Sequence record: SRR31156797_8894 | Length of the DNA: 34,835 nucleotides | Reading direction: 5' to 3' (one strand) | Shown here: piece after piece, positions 19,719 through 30,251 of the stretch | Position numbering within the stretch: position 1 is the first letter of the stretch | How the letters are laid out: every line of letters starts with the position of its first letter | Program-made: the position numbers and the translations under genes | The notes under the pieces: model-generated | Database searches by the model: none | Told to the model about the DNA's origin: nothing | Seen by the model: only the letters and a program-made list of their open reading frames with translations

Positions 19719-21677
19719 CTAGTACGCCAATCGTCCCAGAGATTTCATGATGAGCGTGCATCCCATGGCGAACATACCGGTCAGTCCCATACCGCAGGAA
19801 AATCCGGCTAGCAGGACTGGCGCGTAATGCCGCCACTCTTTCCCGTATTTTTTTAAGAAATAGAATCGCCCAAGCAGCGCGCCGATCACTTCAAGCAACA
19901 TGCCGTGCGGCGTTGATTGCCCCAGACCACGCACCACACCGTAGACGAGTAGCACAGGGAGTCCGAGTACGTTCAGCACCGAGTACATGATGAGTCCCAA
20001 ACCAAGACCTGACAGTACAATAGGACCGGACAACGCCTCGAAAAAGAGTGAATTGCCTTCCAAGGTCGAGGTCTGCATGAGCAGGGTGTTCAGTGCCTGC
20101 AAGTGCCATAATTCTTGAGCAAACGGATATTCCGGAGACGGGATGGGTGCCAATTGCCACAGAAATTGTGAAAATAACAGTGATGACACCATGACGATAG
20201 GGAAGACGATGATTTCCGCTTTGATGATTCCGCGCAGGCTTGTTCCGGTCAGTTCGATCTGACGGAATTGAACCGTGGCCTCTCCATAGTTGTGAATGGG
20301 AATGGGCGCGTACCAGATTTCAAGACCTTGATAGCCGAAGAATTTGGCGCCGGCGATGAATGAGAATTCTCGCACCATGGGCAGTGCGATGAACTGACCG
20401 GCTACACCTTCCATTCGGGCTGTGATGTACGAGATTATTGGCGTGTAGATGAAACCGTACAGCACGAAGAAAATCCATGGGAACGATGGCACCAGCCAGA
20501 CGCAGAATGCGATGTAACAGAGTGTTGAAAAAACATAGATGCCGATGGATACCCAGAAGTTGATGTCACCACGGCCTTCAGGTGGATTGAACAGGGCTGA
20601 GAAATCCAGCCCTTTACCATCCGTATTTCGGAATGATTTGACCACATAATAGATACCCACCGCGCCAATGGCCAGCCCCAGTCCGATACCGAAGCTCATG
20701 TAAAAATCGAAGTTGTTGGCGAACACTGTCTCAACGGTTGCCATGCCCGGATGCCAACGGTGCAGGACTCCATGTGAATACAGGATCGGGTTGGCGATGA
20801 TGGTAATGATCAGACCAACCAGCCCGCCAATGACCGCCCAGAACGGCAGGACCATGCCGATAAACACCAGTCCCAGATCGAACTGTATACCCGTTGCCAC
20901 TGCGGGCAAAAGGTCTTCGGTATGCATGGTCAATTCAATCCATGGAATGGGAATCAGCCGGATTGGTTCACTGAACAGCAGCCCTGAGAGTGCAGGCAAT
21001 AAGACATAGAAAAATCCGAACGCCAGTCCGATGACTCCGCCGATGGAAAACACCCGCCATTTCCAACCGGTCTTTTTATCTTCGGTGGATTCGGCCAGAG
21101 CCATGGTACCGAGTGCGCCAACCGGGGCCATGGGAAAGGGCAGCTTTTCCACGTCCGAAGTGATGCGATACAGAGAATATCCCAGCCCGAAGTGGTCGAT
21201 GCGCTGCACCAGTTGTGCGCCAACCAGCAGCATGATTGGCACCAGCCAGTCCGGGTGCATGAATGTGCGTTCCAGATATGACCCTGACCCCAGAGCCGGG
21301 GCTATCCAGTGCGGAATGAATTCGGTCAGTCCCAACATTCTCGCTGCGTCCGACTGCACGAGATACTGGTTCCACAAAAGGCCTTGGAATGGCGAAGCCA
21401 GTGCTGCGCCAGCCATATAATAAAGAAGGAAAATTTCTTGTTGTTTTAGGTGGGTGTATGAGCGTTTTGCAATCTCTGCAAAGAGGATGATCGTTACCCA
21501 GCGGGCTGCAGGACCGATGCCTTGACCAATGACGAGTTGCAAATACATAGACCCCGGCATCATCAGGAATCCTATGAAAATGGCACCAACTATCGTCTTC
21601 CAATCAAACCCCTCCTCGAACTTGTCGGGGGGCTTCATTAAGTCACGATACTCTTTCAGTTCTTTGTCGTCATACAT
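19719..21677 (-). CDS. OPT-like (oligopeptide transporter superfamily) polytopic membrane protein
   Basis: About 16 hydrophobic segments; EKLPFPMAPVGA motif; C-terminal APVLLAGFSCGMGL resembling OPT 'ASGL.aG' ends; start at ATG 21677 behind GGAGG. Confidence 0.65.
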   Translation of the reverse strand: MYDDKELKEYRDLMKPPDKFEEGFDWKTIVGAIFIGFLMMPGSMYLQLVIGQGIGPAARWVTIILFAEIAKRSYTHLKQQEIFLLYYMAGAALASPFQGLLWNQYLVQSDAARMLGLTEFIPHWIAPALGSGSYLERTFMHPDWLVPIMLLVGAQLVQRIDHFGLGYSLYRITSDVEKLPFPMAPVGALGTMALAESTEDKKTGWKWRVFSIGGVIGLAFGFFYVLLPALSGLLFSEPIRLIPIPWIELTMHTEDLLPAVATGIQFDLGLVFIGMVLPFWAVIGGLVGLIITIIANPILYSHGVLHRWHPGMATVETVFANNFDFYMSFGIGLGLAIGAVGIYYVVKSFRNTDGKGLDFSALFNPPEGRGDINFWVSIGIYVFSTLCYIAFCVWLVPSFPWIFFVLYGFIYTPIISYITARMEGVAGQFIALPMVREFSFIAGAKFFGYQGLEIWYAPIPIHNYGEATVQFRQIELTGTSLRGIIKAEIIVFPIVMVSSLLFSQFLWQLAPIPSPEYPFAQELWHLQALNTLLMQTSTLEGNSLFFEALSGPIVLSGLGLGLIMYSVLNVLGLPVLLVYGVVRGLGQSTPHGMLLEVIGALLGRFYFLKKYGKEWRHYAPVLLAGFSCGMGLTGMFAMGCTLIMKSLGRLAY

Positions 21678-21916
21678 CCAAGATGCCTCCGGCCCCCCCA
21701 TCCCTCTATTTTCCTGAACTTTATATCGCGCCTTTGGCGAAATTTGGTTGAGGCGGGGAGCCGTGCTTTATATCGTTTAAGTAATCTTTATCTTATTTAT
21801 TACATCTGCGCGAAATCGTACACGAACTTCTTAAGGCCCTCGGCCTTAAGCCGCCAGAGGCGAAATCACCTATCAAATCCGCCGACAGGCGGTCTTACCT
21901 TTCCTCATTCCCGCCA

Positions 21917-23923
21917 CTACAACGGGAATACATTATAACTTTGTTCGTTGAACAATCCGATCATGGCCCAGAAACCACCCATCAGGAAATCGCCGAGTAT
22001 GAGTCCTATGAACAGGAAACGGACTCGATTGAACAGACTGGTCCCGCCGTAATGCAAGACTAGATGGTTACACATCCAGCCGAGGAAGAATGGGAACCAG
22101 AGTATCTTCATACCAGCCGAATAAGCGGCCAGGTAGCCGAGCGGATGCAATGGCCACCATGGGAATTTATAATAGCAGAAAATCAAGATGAACATGGCGA
22201 GCGCGCCGAATCCGGCATAGGTGATGAGCCATTCGTTGGGGCCGGTGGGTTGGTCCACGAGTCGCTGTGCATTTTCGTAGTTGGCGAGCACAGTCTGTGT
22301 AGCCCAATCAAGATTGAGTTCTCTCAGGCCGTATTTGTAGCCGAGATAGAGCATGGTCACGAACGCGGTGACGAGTGCGAGCACCAGAGATAGGCCGATG
22401 GCAACGAGTACGAGGTTGCGTTTCGGGGTTTCCTGTCGAATCTTTGAGCCGTGGAAAAGTGTTGGCGCAATGGCCTCACGCACGTCGAGGAACAGGACTT
22501 TTTGCATGACAGCGGTGGCTGCCACACCCACGGAACCGAAAAAGCCGGTGCCGAACAGTCCCATAAGACCATCAGATGGCGCGGCAGTGAGTGTGAAATA
22601 TGGCAGTCCACCCTGACAGACCAGACGGCTGGTCACCAGTGTGACGATAAGAAATGCGCAGGGCAGGAGTACGGCGGCCAGAAGCGGGAGGCCGAACCAC
22701 CAGCCCCAGGCCATGAGAAAGATCATGCCGATAAAAAGTCCCCAAAGCGGCCATATGGGCGGTCCCCATTCGTCGGGGATCGTGTCGAATTTACCTTTTC
22801 CTTCCAATTCAGTGCTGTGGCAGGTCGGGCGCAGGAAACAGATGAAGGTTTCCTTGAGGTGATGTCGAGCCAGCCAGATGAGGAAGATGAAAAAGATGGC
22901 GTATGCGCCGATCACCTGTGCACCTTCGGGGCGGGCAAGGTCTGGACCGAAGGTGGTGCCGAGCGCGGCTTCGGGAAGCTGCCACCCGAGGATGTAGAGG
23001 AGTCCGAAAAGCAGTCCGGCCATGAGATGAAACACCCACATGGAAAAGGATATCTGGCGGGTTGTCAGGAAAGCGAATCCGATAAACGCCGGGATGATGT
23101 AGAGTTTGAGTTTGTAGAAACCGGAAAAAAGACCGAATTTGGGGAAATATGACCCGGCCAAAATGAGTGTCGGTATCTGCGGGACGGATGGGTAATAGAA
23201 TTGCAGCCCGTTGATGAGGTGCAACGCTCCGGCCATGGTCAGTCCGATGAGCAGATAGTTGTTGGACCACCATGAAATGAATTGTTTCTGGTCCAATGCG
23301 TCTCCCATGATTATGGGGACGCTCACCATCGGGAAGTGGACCCGTTCGTTAACAACCCACTGGCGGCCGAAAAGGGTCATCAGGCAGATCATGACGAAGA
23401 AGGAGCCGAGAATGAACAGTGACCAGACGAGCAAAGTGGGCAACCAGACACCCCATGGGATGGCTGACAGAACTGCGGCGACACCCATTTCGTTGCCGCC
23501 GTCCAGTCCTTCGAAAAACAGGCTGACCGCTTCGGTTGATTGCGGGAACCATGATTGCGGCAGAAGCGGCGTCAGGACTTCGGTCCAACGATAGGCATCC
23601 TTGGCAAACCGTTCTGGGGCCGTGATGTTGATGAAAAAGGTTTCGGTGAGACCGGCAAAGCCGATAGCCGTGAACAGGGCCATCATCAGCCATATAACGA
23701 GCAGTTCAACCCCGGAAAAGAATGGCGGACGTTTGCTGAGTCTGGAGGAAAAGGCATCGAACACGAACAACCATGTTACGATGAAGAATGGGGCCATGGG
23801 GAAATGCCCGCCGCCCATGGGCGTGTTGTGCAGGACCGTGTTGTTCAGCGGCGTGAAAATACACAAGGTTAGGCCAAGGAGCAGGCCGGTCAGGAGCGCG
23901 CGGAGGCGGAGTCGTCCGTTCAT
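21917..23923 (-). CDS. Large polytopic membrane protein (DUF6785/DUF6784-like, OPT-related)
   Basis: About 16-17 TM segments; QW…ERVHFPMV, FPWWPLHPLGY, Y.G..L…R.LFIGLILGDF motifs; ATGA overlap with the upstream giant gene. Confidence 0.65.
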   Translation of the reverse strand: MNGRLRLRALLTGLLLGLTLCIFTPLNNTVLHNTPMGGGHFPMAPFFIVTWLFVFDAFSSRLSKRPPFFSGVELLVIWLMMALFTAIGFAGLTETFFINITAPERFAKDAYRWTEVLTPLLPQSWFPQSTEAVSLFFEGLDGGNEMGVAAVLSAIPWGVWLPTLLVWSLFILGSFFVMICLMTLFGRQWVVNERVHFPMVSVPIIMGDALDQKQFISWWSNNYLLIGLTMAGALHLINGLQFYYPSVPQIPTLILAGSYFPKFGLFSGFYKLKLYIIPAFIGFAFLTTRQISFSMWVFHLMAGLLFGLLYILGWQLPEAALGTTFGPDLARPEGAQVIGAYAIFFIFLIWLARHHLKETFICFLRPTCHSTELEGKGKFDTIPDEWGPPIWPLWGLFIGMIFLMAWGWWFGLPLLAAVLLPCAFLIVTLVTSRLVCQGGLPYFTLTAAPSDGLMGLFGTGFFGSVGVAATAVMQKVLFLDVREAIAPTLFHGSKIRQETPKRNLVLVAIGLSLVLALVTAFVTMLYLGYKYGLRELNLDWATQTVLANYENAQRLVDQPTGPNEWLITYAGFGALAMFILIFCYYKFPWWPLHPLGYLAAYSAGMKILWFPFFLGWMCNHLVLHYGGTSLFNRVRFLFIGLILGDFLMGGFWAMIGLFNEQSYNVFPL

Positions 23924-26900
23924 GCTGCCCCCTCTTCGTCGTTCAGTTCTTTTGCAATGGTTCGGTTCATGTCTTTAGCGTAACTGTCCACGGCTTGGTC
24001 ATCCAGAGAACGCCATGCCAGCAGTTGTTTGCGGAGGTCATTGAGGAAGTTCCTGTTCAGGTTTTCCCACGCCTTGTGCTCCCCAGCCTCACGGTGAAGG
24101 ATGACTTTGATCTGCCGGAATCCGGTGTAGAGGTCAGACGGGCAGAATACGAGTTTCACTTTTTGGCGTACCCCGAAATCGAACGGAGCAAGCCAGACGC
24201 GCAAGTCCATGGAAAAGCAGAGATCATCAGGGATGGGAATATCTTCGGACACACCGCTGACAAGGCCGGTGTTGGCCTCGACTTGTTCGAGGTCCAGGAA
24301 GTTGCATTGCATGTCATCGGTACAGAACGCGCCATGCGAGACATCGTGATGGGCCATGTAATATTCGTGCAGGAATCCACCTGCGGAGTTGATTTCACGG
24401 AGTTTGATAAGGAAAGGCAGGATTACAACCAGTTCGTTGCCTTTGGCTTTGGGCATGCTCCATGATTTGTTCACGTCCGGGATGGCGATATTGGCCGCGA
24501 CTTTAGCCGGATAGATGGCTGAGATGAGTACCACGCCGATGACCAGAATCATGGCGGCTACACCGGCGGTTGAAGAATAGTTGGCGGTCATGCCAGCCCA
24601 GAGCGGTGTTCCGGCGAGGAATGCCGAAGATATCTGGGCCAGAAGATAGCCGACCACCACAGAAATGACAGCAAAGGCGAGTGCTTCTGCAATGAACAGG
24701 AAGGCTACGTGCGGTGGAGCCAATCCGACCGATGTGTAGACTGCGATTTCCGGTTTGCGCTCATAGACTGAACCGATCATGGTGTTGAGTACGATCAATA
24801 TGGAGATGCCGAGGGGGATCAGGATGTTGGCCATGCCTGAATAGTTGACGGCGTCGGATGCGAAATAGAGCGAGGTGCCGTTTGGACCGCCCCGGAACAA
24901 GAGCATGCCGAATCGGTCGCCCATGTCGTCGGTTTGAGCAAGAGTGGCGTTGTCCGGTTTGACGGCGATACCTTTGAGTCTGCCAGCCCTGAGAGACAGC
25001 AGCATTTCGGCTGGCATGAGTATGGTTTCCGAACCGGGGATGTGTTGGTAGCGGGATTCGGTAGTGACCACATCTTCGCCGTTTTCAATGGCTTCGGCTT
25101 CAACTTCGGACAATTGGGTGGCTGCCTGATTGGGGAAGATGATGGGCGTTATGGGCTCGCCGTCGAGGTCCGGGTGATCGTTCAACCCTTCATCGCTGAA
25201 AACGCCGACAAGGGTGATTTTGGCTCCCCACGTTATGAGCGTATTGCGTTCGGGGTCGAGCGGGTCTGCGCCTAACTGATTCGCCATGCGTTCGGACAGC
25301 ATGACGACATTACGTTCGCCTTCCTTGAACCAGCGCCCCTTGATCAGAATGCGATCCAGTCCACTGACTTGCGGTTCGAGATAAGAGAGCCCCACCAGAC
25401 CACGAGCCTGTGCGGTTTTGTCGCCAAGGGAAATCGGGATGAGCGGTGCGCGGGATTTGTCCGCCGTGAAGCCGGTGTCATACCATGCACGGGGAGCGAC
25501 AACGCCCTTTCCGGCAAAGGCTGTTTCCACCACAGATAAGGCTTCTGCGGGGACATCCTGCCAGTTGAGATATTTGAGCATCAGGCCGGAGTAGGAGGCT
25601 TTGTCGCTGAACTGTGCCCACCCTGCCTGTCGCACGGATTTAACCGTGGTGAAGTTCATGATGGTGAAGGTAAGGATAACCAGCGTGGCAAAGGTCAGGA
25701 ACGTGCGTACCGGGCGGCGTTTCAGGTTGCCCACACCGAGCACAAAGGCCGCACCGAATGCAGCGGCAGGGCTAATGCCAGTCAGCTTGATATGGGCTGA
25801 TCGCTTCTGGAGTTCCACCATTTCACGCTCGAATCGGAAGAATATGATGAGCGACACCAAAAGTGATAGCGCGAGAATGAAGAACGCGAGTATGACCACC
25901 ATTGGTGAATAGGTCAGCTGGAAAGCGGGGTGGACGAAATAGACCACACCGATGATCAGCGTCAGGAACCCGAGGAAAGCGACAATTCGTTTTTTGATAT
26001 CCACGAATGAGAAAAAGAGTCGCTCCATGCAATAGGCGAACGGCACAAACAGGGCAACATAGAAGAGTACGCCGATGAGGACGTCTTTTTGGGTCTTGTC
26101 CACATCGTTGTACACCCGGCTTGCCTTGGATAGGGAGGCTCTCGCTGCTTCAACAAATTTATCCCATTGCTTTTCGGTTTTGAACTTTCTGGCTTGAGCC
26201 AGTTCTTCATCTCCTTGTCTGCGCAGGTCCCGGATGCGTTCGTTGATGATGCCTTTCTGTTCCAGATTGTCGATGCGCGGACCGATCAGTCCCCACATGT
26301 CTATGGCTGCCTGAAATTCTGTCATGGGTATCACCGGCCACTGACGAGCAATGAAGCCGAGTCCCTGCGGATGGTCTTCATCCGTGTTCAGAAGCAGGAC
26401 CTTTTTATCCAGTACCGTGTCGGATAATGTAAGTTTGATGGGAGTATCCGGCTCAAGGAACAACGTACCCAATGTGGATTTGCGTGTGTCCATGCGGCTG
26501 TACCAATAGCTGACCGGCGGGGCTTCGGTGCGGCCATCAATAAGTGTGGGCCGATAAAGAAATTTGAAGGTCCGCGGGTCGAACATATTGAACAGCGTGG
26601 TCTGGGTACAACTGAAAAGGATAAGATCCGTTGCCTGCACGTCCCGTTTCAGCTTGATACGATACGCGGACTTGCCGGTTTTGGGCTTGTCGATGGCCCA
26701 ATCCGCCAGCCCTGACAGTTCATTGAATTTGAACGCTTCAACAACAGCCTTGTGATAGCTGACTTTCTTGTTGGCGAGGCCGGGAATGCGGAAATTCCCT
26801 TGCGTGTCGACCATGCCGTAGTTGCGGGTTTGCCATTGGAAGGCGAGAACGACCATGCCTGTTCCGGGCCTGTCCGGGAATATTTCACCTTTTCTGAGGA

Positions 26901-28797
26901 GATTGGCGCGTCCTTCAATGGTGACGAAGCGGTTTTTGTTCCGTTTGCCTGCATCGGCGATTGGGTCATTGGCCAGAGCGTCGAGCAGGGATGTCACAAG
27001 TGTGGTCTGTTGAGCCAGAAAGTCGAAATCAACACGGTCAACCGTGTCATAGGGCGTACCCCAGGCGGGACGGACATCGTGCACTGTTGCCAGAGTCAGT
27101 CCGGGGAATCCGGCCAGTGCCATGGGTTCACCACCCAGTTCCGGGGTGTCGGGCAAGTAACTTTGCCATGCGCGTTTTCCCGGACGCAAGGTGTCGCTGA
27201 AAAGTTTTGCGACATCGTTGTTTGATATTTCAAGTTTTTTGACGGCATCCTTCATGACCGTATCCAAAGGGCGGAAAAATGCGGTTCGATTGATGGACGG
27301 TTTGAGGTCGATGAGCCATCCCTTGTCGAATCCGCCAACACCGTTACCGTGGCTGGACAAGAAGAGTGACACATGGGCGGCAATGGGAGATTCGCCGATG
27401 GTTTTACGCAGTTTCAGGGCTGAGTTGACGTCTTTGAGTTGACCAGTGACGTCTTTAAAAATGGCTGTTTCATGGGCAGTAGCCGGTTGGATGAAGTTTT
27501 TTAACGCTGTGCGCTCCATGTCGGAGAGCGGGAAGTCGGCAGTACTGGAATTGATCCAGTTGAGCCGCTTTAATGTCATGCGTTCATGGGCCAGATATTT
27601 GATACGCTGCTGGTGTTTTTCTTTGGTGTCTTGCTGGGCAAGCAACCGCAGTCGCATCAGTTCTTTGGTTATATCATCTTCCTGATTGCGAACTACAGCC
27701 TTGAAAGCGGCCTTGAGCAGAAAACGATCACTCTCGTCTGCCAGATTTGTTTCGGAGAGAGGGACATCACTGCCGAGCATTTGCAGGGTGCGGTCCGTGT
27801 CGTGAACCAACTTTTCCAGTGATTCTTTGCGCTTGTTGAGGTGTTTTTCTTCGGTGGCTAGTGCCCATGTGAATTCACGCATGCCGGCCTGTGCCGAAGC
27901 CTTGCCGGCAGTGGCAACGAGAAGAACGGACCGTTTGGGTGTGTGTGTCGCGAATCCTTGAGCCGTATCCATGAGCGCGGTGATTGAGGATGCTTCGTCA
28001 GCCCCCGGCGCATGGCCGTCCACCAATGCGGTGGAGTCATAGAAAGTTTCAATGATGATGGTTTGCTTGGAAAGATCGGGGTCGCTGCCTTGAATATGGC
28101 AATATATCGTGTCTGCGGCGACATTGCGCCATGCCGCTTTTGCCGTCAGCCGTGTGGTGCCGAGGTGTTTGGGACCTTTTTGAGTGAATCCGGTGCCGAA
28201 CAGGGATTCGGCCTTTTCACGGGAGAGCCAAAATGTAGGAAAGTCTATTGGAGTTTGCTCGAATTTGTATTCGAACAAAGGCTTGGGTGCGTGTCCGCCA
28301 TCTCCACCGCGCCCGATGAATACCAGACCTCGTGCGCCGAGCATGGCTGCATTATTCCAGTTTTTACCGGAATCCATGTCCATGAGAACAATGGAACCTT
28401 GCACACTTAGTCCGTTGAAGTCAGAAACTCGGCCTTGTCCGACATAGATGAGCGGGCCGTTGATGCCGGGTGGCATGACGGCTCCAGGAGAGAGCGCATT
28501 GATTTGTAATTGCCTGAGTTCTACAGTCTGCCCAGATTCTTCAAAGGTCAGATGTGCTCCCATTTTGACGGGAACAGGGATGTGGAATGACTGGCGTCCT
28601 ACAGTTGCGTTGGGCAAAATCTTTTTGAATTCGGCTTCCACCATGTCTGCGGCTTTGGCAGCACCGGGGGTGCCGAGAGATCGGTCTTCAAGAGAGCTGA
28701 GCTGGCGCAGGAAATCCACGCCGTTGGCACGGGCCGGGAGCACTGTCGCCATAATCATGGCGAGACAGAGCAGGAAACGCAGTCCGATACGCGCCAT
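23920..28797 (-). CDS. 1625-aa fusion: signal peptide, PA domain, degenerate M28-peptidase-like domain, beta-sandwich, TM bundle, MacB-type periplasmic domain and FtsX permease
   Basis: Signal peptide …PARA; PA 'GPLIYVGQG…GSIVLM…AAMLGARGLVF'; M28-like 'FYDS…APGADEASS'; MacB 'GRWF…VVMLSERMANQLG'; FtsX 'LNTMIGSVYERKPEIAVYTSVGL…FIAEAL'. Confidence 0.8.
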   Translation of the reverse strand: MARIGLRFLLCLAMIMATVLPARANGVDFLRQLSSLEDRSLGTPGAAKAADMVEAEFKKILPNATVGRQSFHIPVPVKMGAHLTFEESGQTVELRQLQINALSPGAVMPPGINGPLIYVGQGRVSDFNGLSVQGSIVLMDMDSGKNWNNAAMLGARGLVFIGRGGDGGHAPKPLFEYKFEQTPIDFPTFWLSREKAESLFGTGFTQKGPKHLGTTRLTAKAAWRNVAADTIYCHIQGSDPDLSKQTIIIETFYDSTALVDGHAPGADEASSITALMDTAQGFATHTPKRSVLLVATAGKASAQAGMREFTWALATEEKHLNKRKESLEKLVHDTDRTLQMLGSDVPLSETNLADESDRFLLKAAFKAVVRNQEDDITKELMRLRLLAQQDTKEKHQQRIKYLAHERMTLKRLNWINSSTADFPLSDMERTALKNFIQPATAHETAIFKDVTGQLKDVNSALKLRKTIGESPIAAHVSLFLSSHGNGVGGFDKGWLIDLKPSINRTAFFRPLDTVMKDAVKKLEISNNDVAKLFSDTLRPGKRAWQSYLPDTPELGGEPMALAGFPGLTLATVHDVRPAWGTPYDTVDRVDFDFLAQQTTLVTSLLDALANDPIADAGKRNKNRFVTIEGRANLLRKGEIFPDRPGTGMVVLAFQWQTRNYGMVDTQGNFRIPGLANKKVSYHKAVVEAFKFNELSGLADWAIDKPKTGKSAYRIKLKRDVQATDLILFSCTQTTLFNMFDPRTFKFLYRPTLIDGRTEAPPVSYWYSRMDTRKSTLGTLFLEPDTPIKLTLSDTVLDKKVLLLNTDEDHPQGLGFIARQWPVIPMTEFQAAIDMWGLIGPRIDNLEQKGIINERIRDLRRQGDEELAQARKFKTEKQWDKFVEAARASLSKASRVYNDVDKTQKDVLIGVLFYVALFVPFAYCMERLFFSFVDIKKRIVAFLGFLTLIIGVVYFVHPAFQLTYSPMVVILAFFILALSLLVSLIIFFRFEREMVELQKRSAHIKLTGISPAAAFGAAFVLGVGNLKRRPVRTFLTFATLVILTFTIMNFTTVKSVRQAGWAQFSDKASYSGLMLKYLNWQDVPAEALSVVETAFAGKGVVAPRAWYDTGFTADKSRAPLIPISLGDKTAQARGLVGLSYLEPQVSGLDRILIKGRWFKEGERNVVMLSERMANQLGADPLDPERNTLITWGAKITLVGVFSDEGLNDHPDLDGEPITPIIFPNQAATQLSEVEAEAIENGEDVVTTESRYQHIPGSETILMPAEMLLSLRAGRLKGIAVKPDNATLAQTDDMGDRFGMLLFRGGPNGTSLYFASDAVNYSGMANILIPLGISILIVLNTMIGSVYERKPEIAVYTSVGLAPPHVAFLFIAEALAFAVISVVVGYLLAQISSAFLAGTPLWAGMTANYSSTAGVAAMILVIGVVLISAIYPAKVAANIAIPDVNKSWSMPKAKGNELVVILPFLIKLREINSAGGFLHEYYMAHHDVSHGAFCTDDMQCNFLDLEQVEANTGLVSGVSEDIPIPDDLCFSMDLRVWLAPFDFGVRQKVKLVFCPSDLYTGFRQIKVILHREAGEHKAWENLNRNFLNDLRKQLLAWRSLDDQAVDSYAKDMNRTIAKELNDEEGAA

Positions 28798-28800
28798 GGG

Positions 28801-29571
28801 TTAGGCCTTTTCCTTGCCGTTTGTCCGGCCAGTGAGTTTGTCGTCGATACCGCCGACGGTGATATCCAGTTCTTCACGCCGCTCCACGCGATCCACTTGG
28901 CCGTCGCGTACCCAGATTACCCGGTCAGAGACATTGAGCATCTTATAGTCATGGGTGGCGGAAATGATGGTCACGCCACGTTCCACTGAGAGCATCTGCA
29001 GCAGTTCGATGATTTCTTCACCCGTGGACAAATCGAGGTTGCCGGTCGGTTCATCCGCCAGAATGATGGATGGATCATTGGCCAGCGAACGAGCGACGGC
29101 CACACGTTGTTGTTGTCCGCCGGATAATTCCAGCGGCTTGTGTTGAAAGCGTTTTCCCAGTCCGACCAGTTTGAGCAGTTCAATACCCTTGTCTTGCGCA
29201 TCGTCCGCATTCATCCCGGCAAAGGTCATGGGCAGGGTGACGTTTTCAAGCGCGGTCATGACCGGGATGAGATTGAAGGTCTGAAATATGTAGCCGATCT
29301 TGCGGTTGCGGAGCCATGCCAATTCAAAGGCGTCCAGTTGGGAAATGTCCACTTCATCAATGAACACCTTGCCGTCTGTGGGTTTGTCCAGCCCGCCGAT
29401 CATGTTGAACAGGGTGGATTTCCCTGAGCCTGACGGACCCATGATGGAGATATATTCTCCGGCGAATATTTCCAGATCCACGCCTTTGAGCGCCTGCAAT
29501 TCGACCTTTCCCATGGTGAAGGTCTTTGTGACGCCGATGACGCGGACAATGGTACGTTTTTCTTCGCTCAT
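28801..29571 (-). CDS. ABC transporter ATP-binding protein, LolD/MacB/FtsE type
   Basis: Walker A GPSGSGKST, FQTFNL, LSGGQQQR, Walker B IILADEPT, ATHD. Start reassigned to ATG 29571 (MSEEKRT) behind AGGA. Confidence 0.95.
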   Translation of the reverse strand: MSEEKRTIVRVIGVTKTFTMGKVELQALKGVDLEIFAGEYISIMGPSGSGKSTLFNMIGGLDKPTDGKVFIDEVDISQLDAFELAWLRNRKIGYIFQTFNLIPVMTALENVTLPMTFAGMNADDAQDKGIELLKLVGLGKRFQHKPLELSGGQQQRVAVARSLANDPSIILADEPTGNLDLSTGEEIIELLQMLSVERGVTIISATHDYKMLNVSDRVIWVRDGQVDRVERREELDITVGGIDDKLTGRTNGKEKA

Positions 29572-29579
29572 ACTATTCC

Positions 29580-30251
29580 TTAATGTTCTGCGCGTATCGC
29601 ATTGATCGGTTCCATACGTGCCGCCAGCAGGGCTGGATACAGGACACCAAGCAGGCTCAGGAGACAACCGGCCAAAGTGGCAATGCCTACCGAACCGAGC
29701 ATGGAAAGAATGGAAAGGTCGTGAATTGCCGTGAATCCGAAACGAATACTGTTTGTCAGGAGAGAGACAATGCCTCCGAGAAGTGCGCCGACACTTGCCC
29801 CGGCCAACCCTTGCATGGCTGCTTCGAGCAGAAAGATGCGCAGGATCATTGAATCCAGTGCGCCGAGACATTTCATGACACCGATTTCAGAAAATCGCTC
29901 AGTGACGGACATGAGTTGGGCGTTAATAATGCCTACAGTACACACCAAGAGGGAAAGAATGACGATCCATCGTTCCTTGGCAGACATTGTGACCACACTC
30001 TGCGCCGCATCCACATCGTATCCCGCCTGAAGCAATGCTCGGGCTGCGTGTTTTCCACCGTGTTCAAGCAGTCCTGCCGCTATATCTAAATTAACCAGCA
30101 CGAAACTCAGGAATGAAACGGCAAGCACCAGGCTTGAGACCGTGATCATGGAACGGAAGAACCGAACCTTCAGGCTCTTGAAGCTGATCTCCACCGATTT
30201 GGAGAAGGGAAGCGAGATAAGGCGGTCAACCTTTCCTGCGGGAATGTTCAT
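29580..30251 (-). CDS. Minimal FtsX-like ABC permease (4 TM)
   Basis: RFFRSMIT N-terminal helix/TM1, GIINAQLMSVTERFSEIGVMKCLGA, YPALLAARMEPINAIR; very short periplasmic loop. Confidence 0.88.
   Translation of the reverse strand: MNIPAGKVDRLISLPFSKSVEISFKSLKVRFFRSMITVSSLVLAVSFLSFVLVNLDIAAGLLEHGGKHAARALLQAGYDVDAAQSVVTMSAKERWIVILSLLVCTVGIINAQLMSVTERFSEIGVMKCLGALDSMILRIFLLEAAMQGLAGASVGALLGGIVSLLTNSIRFGFTAIHDLSILSMLGSVGIATLAGCLLSLLGVLYPALLAARMEPINAIRAEH

Noticed and set aside
21744-21938. 64-aa ORF in the gap between the two OPT-like genes as a RiPP precursor
   Set aside because: Opposite strand to the operon, no RBS, no leader/core pattern and no maturase nearby
29572-29871. 100-aa N-terminal extension of the ABC ATPase in the ORF track
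   Set aside because: Overlaps the FtsX gene in another frame; ATG 29571 has an RBS and gives a normal-length ATPase
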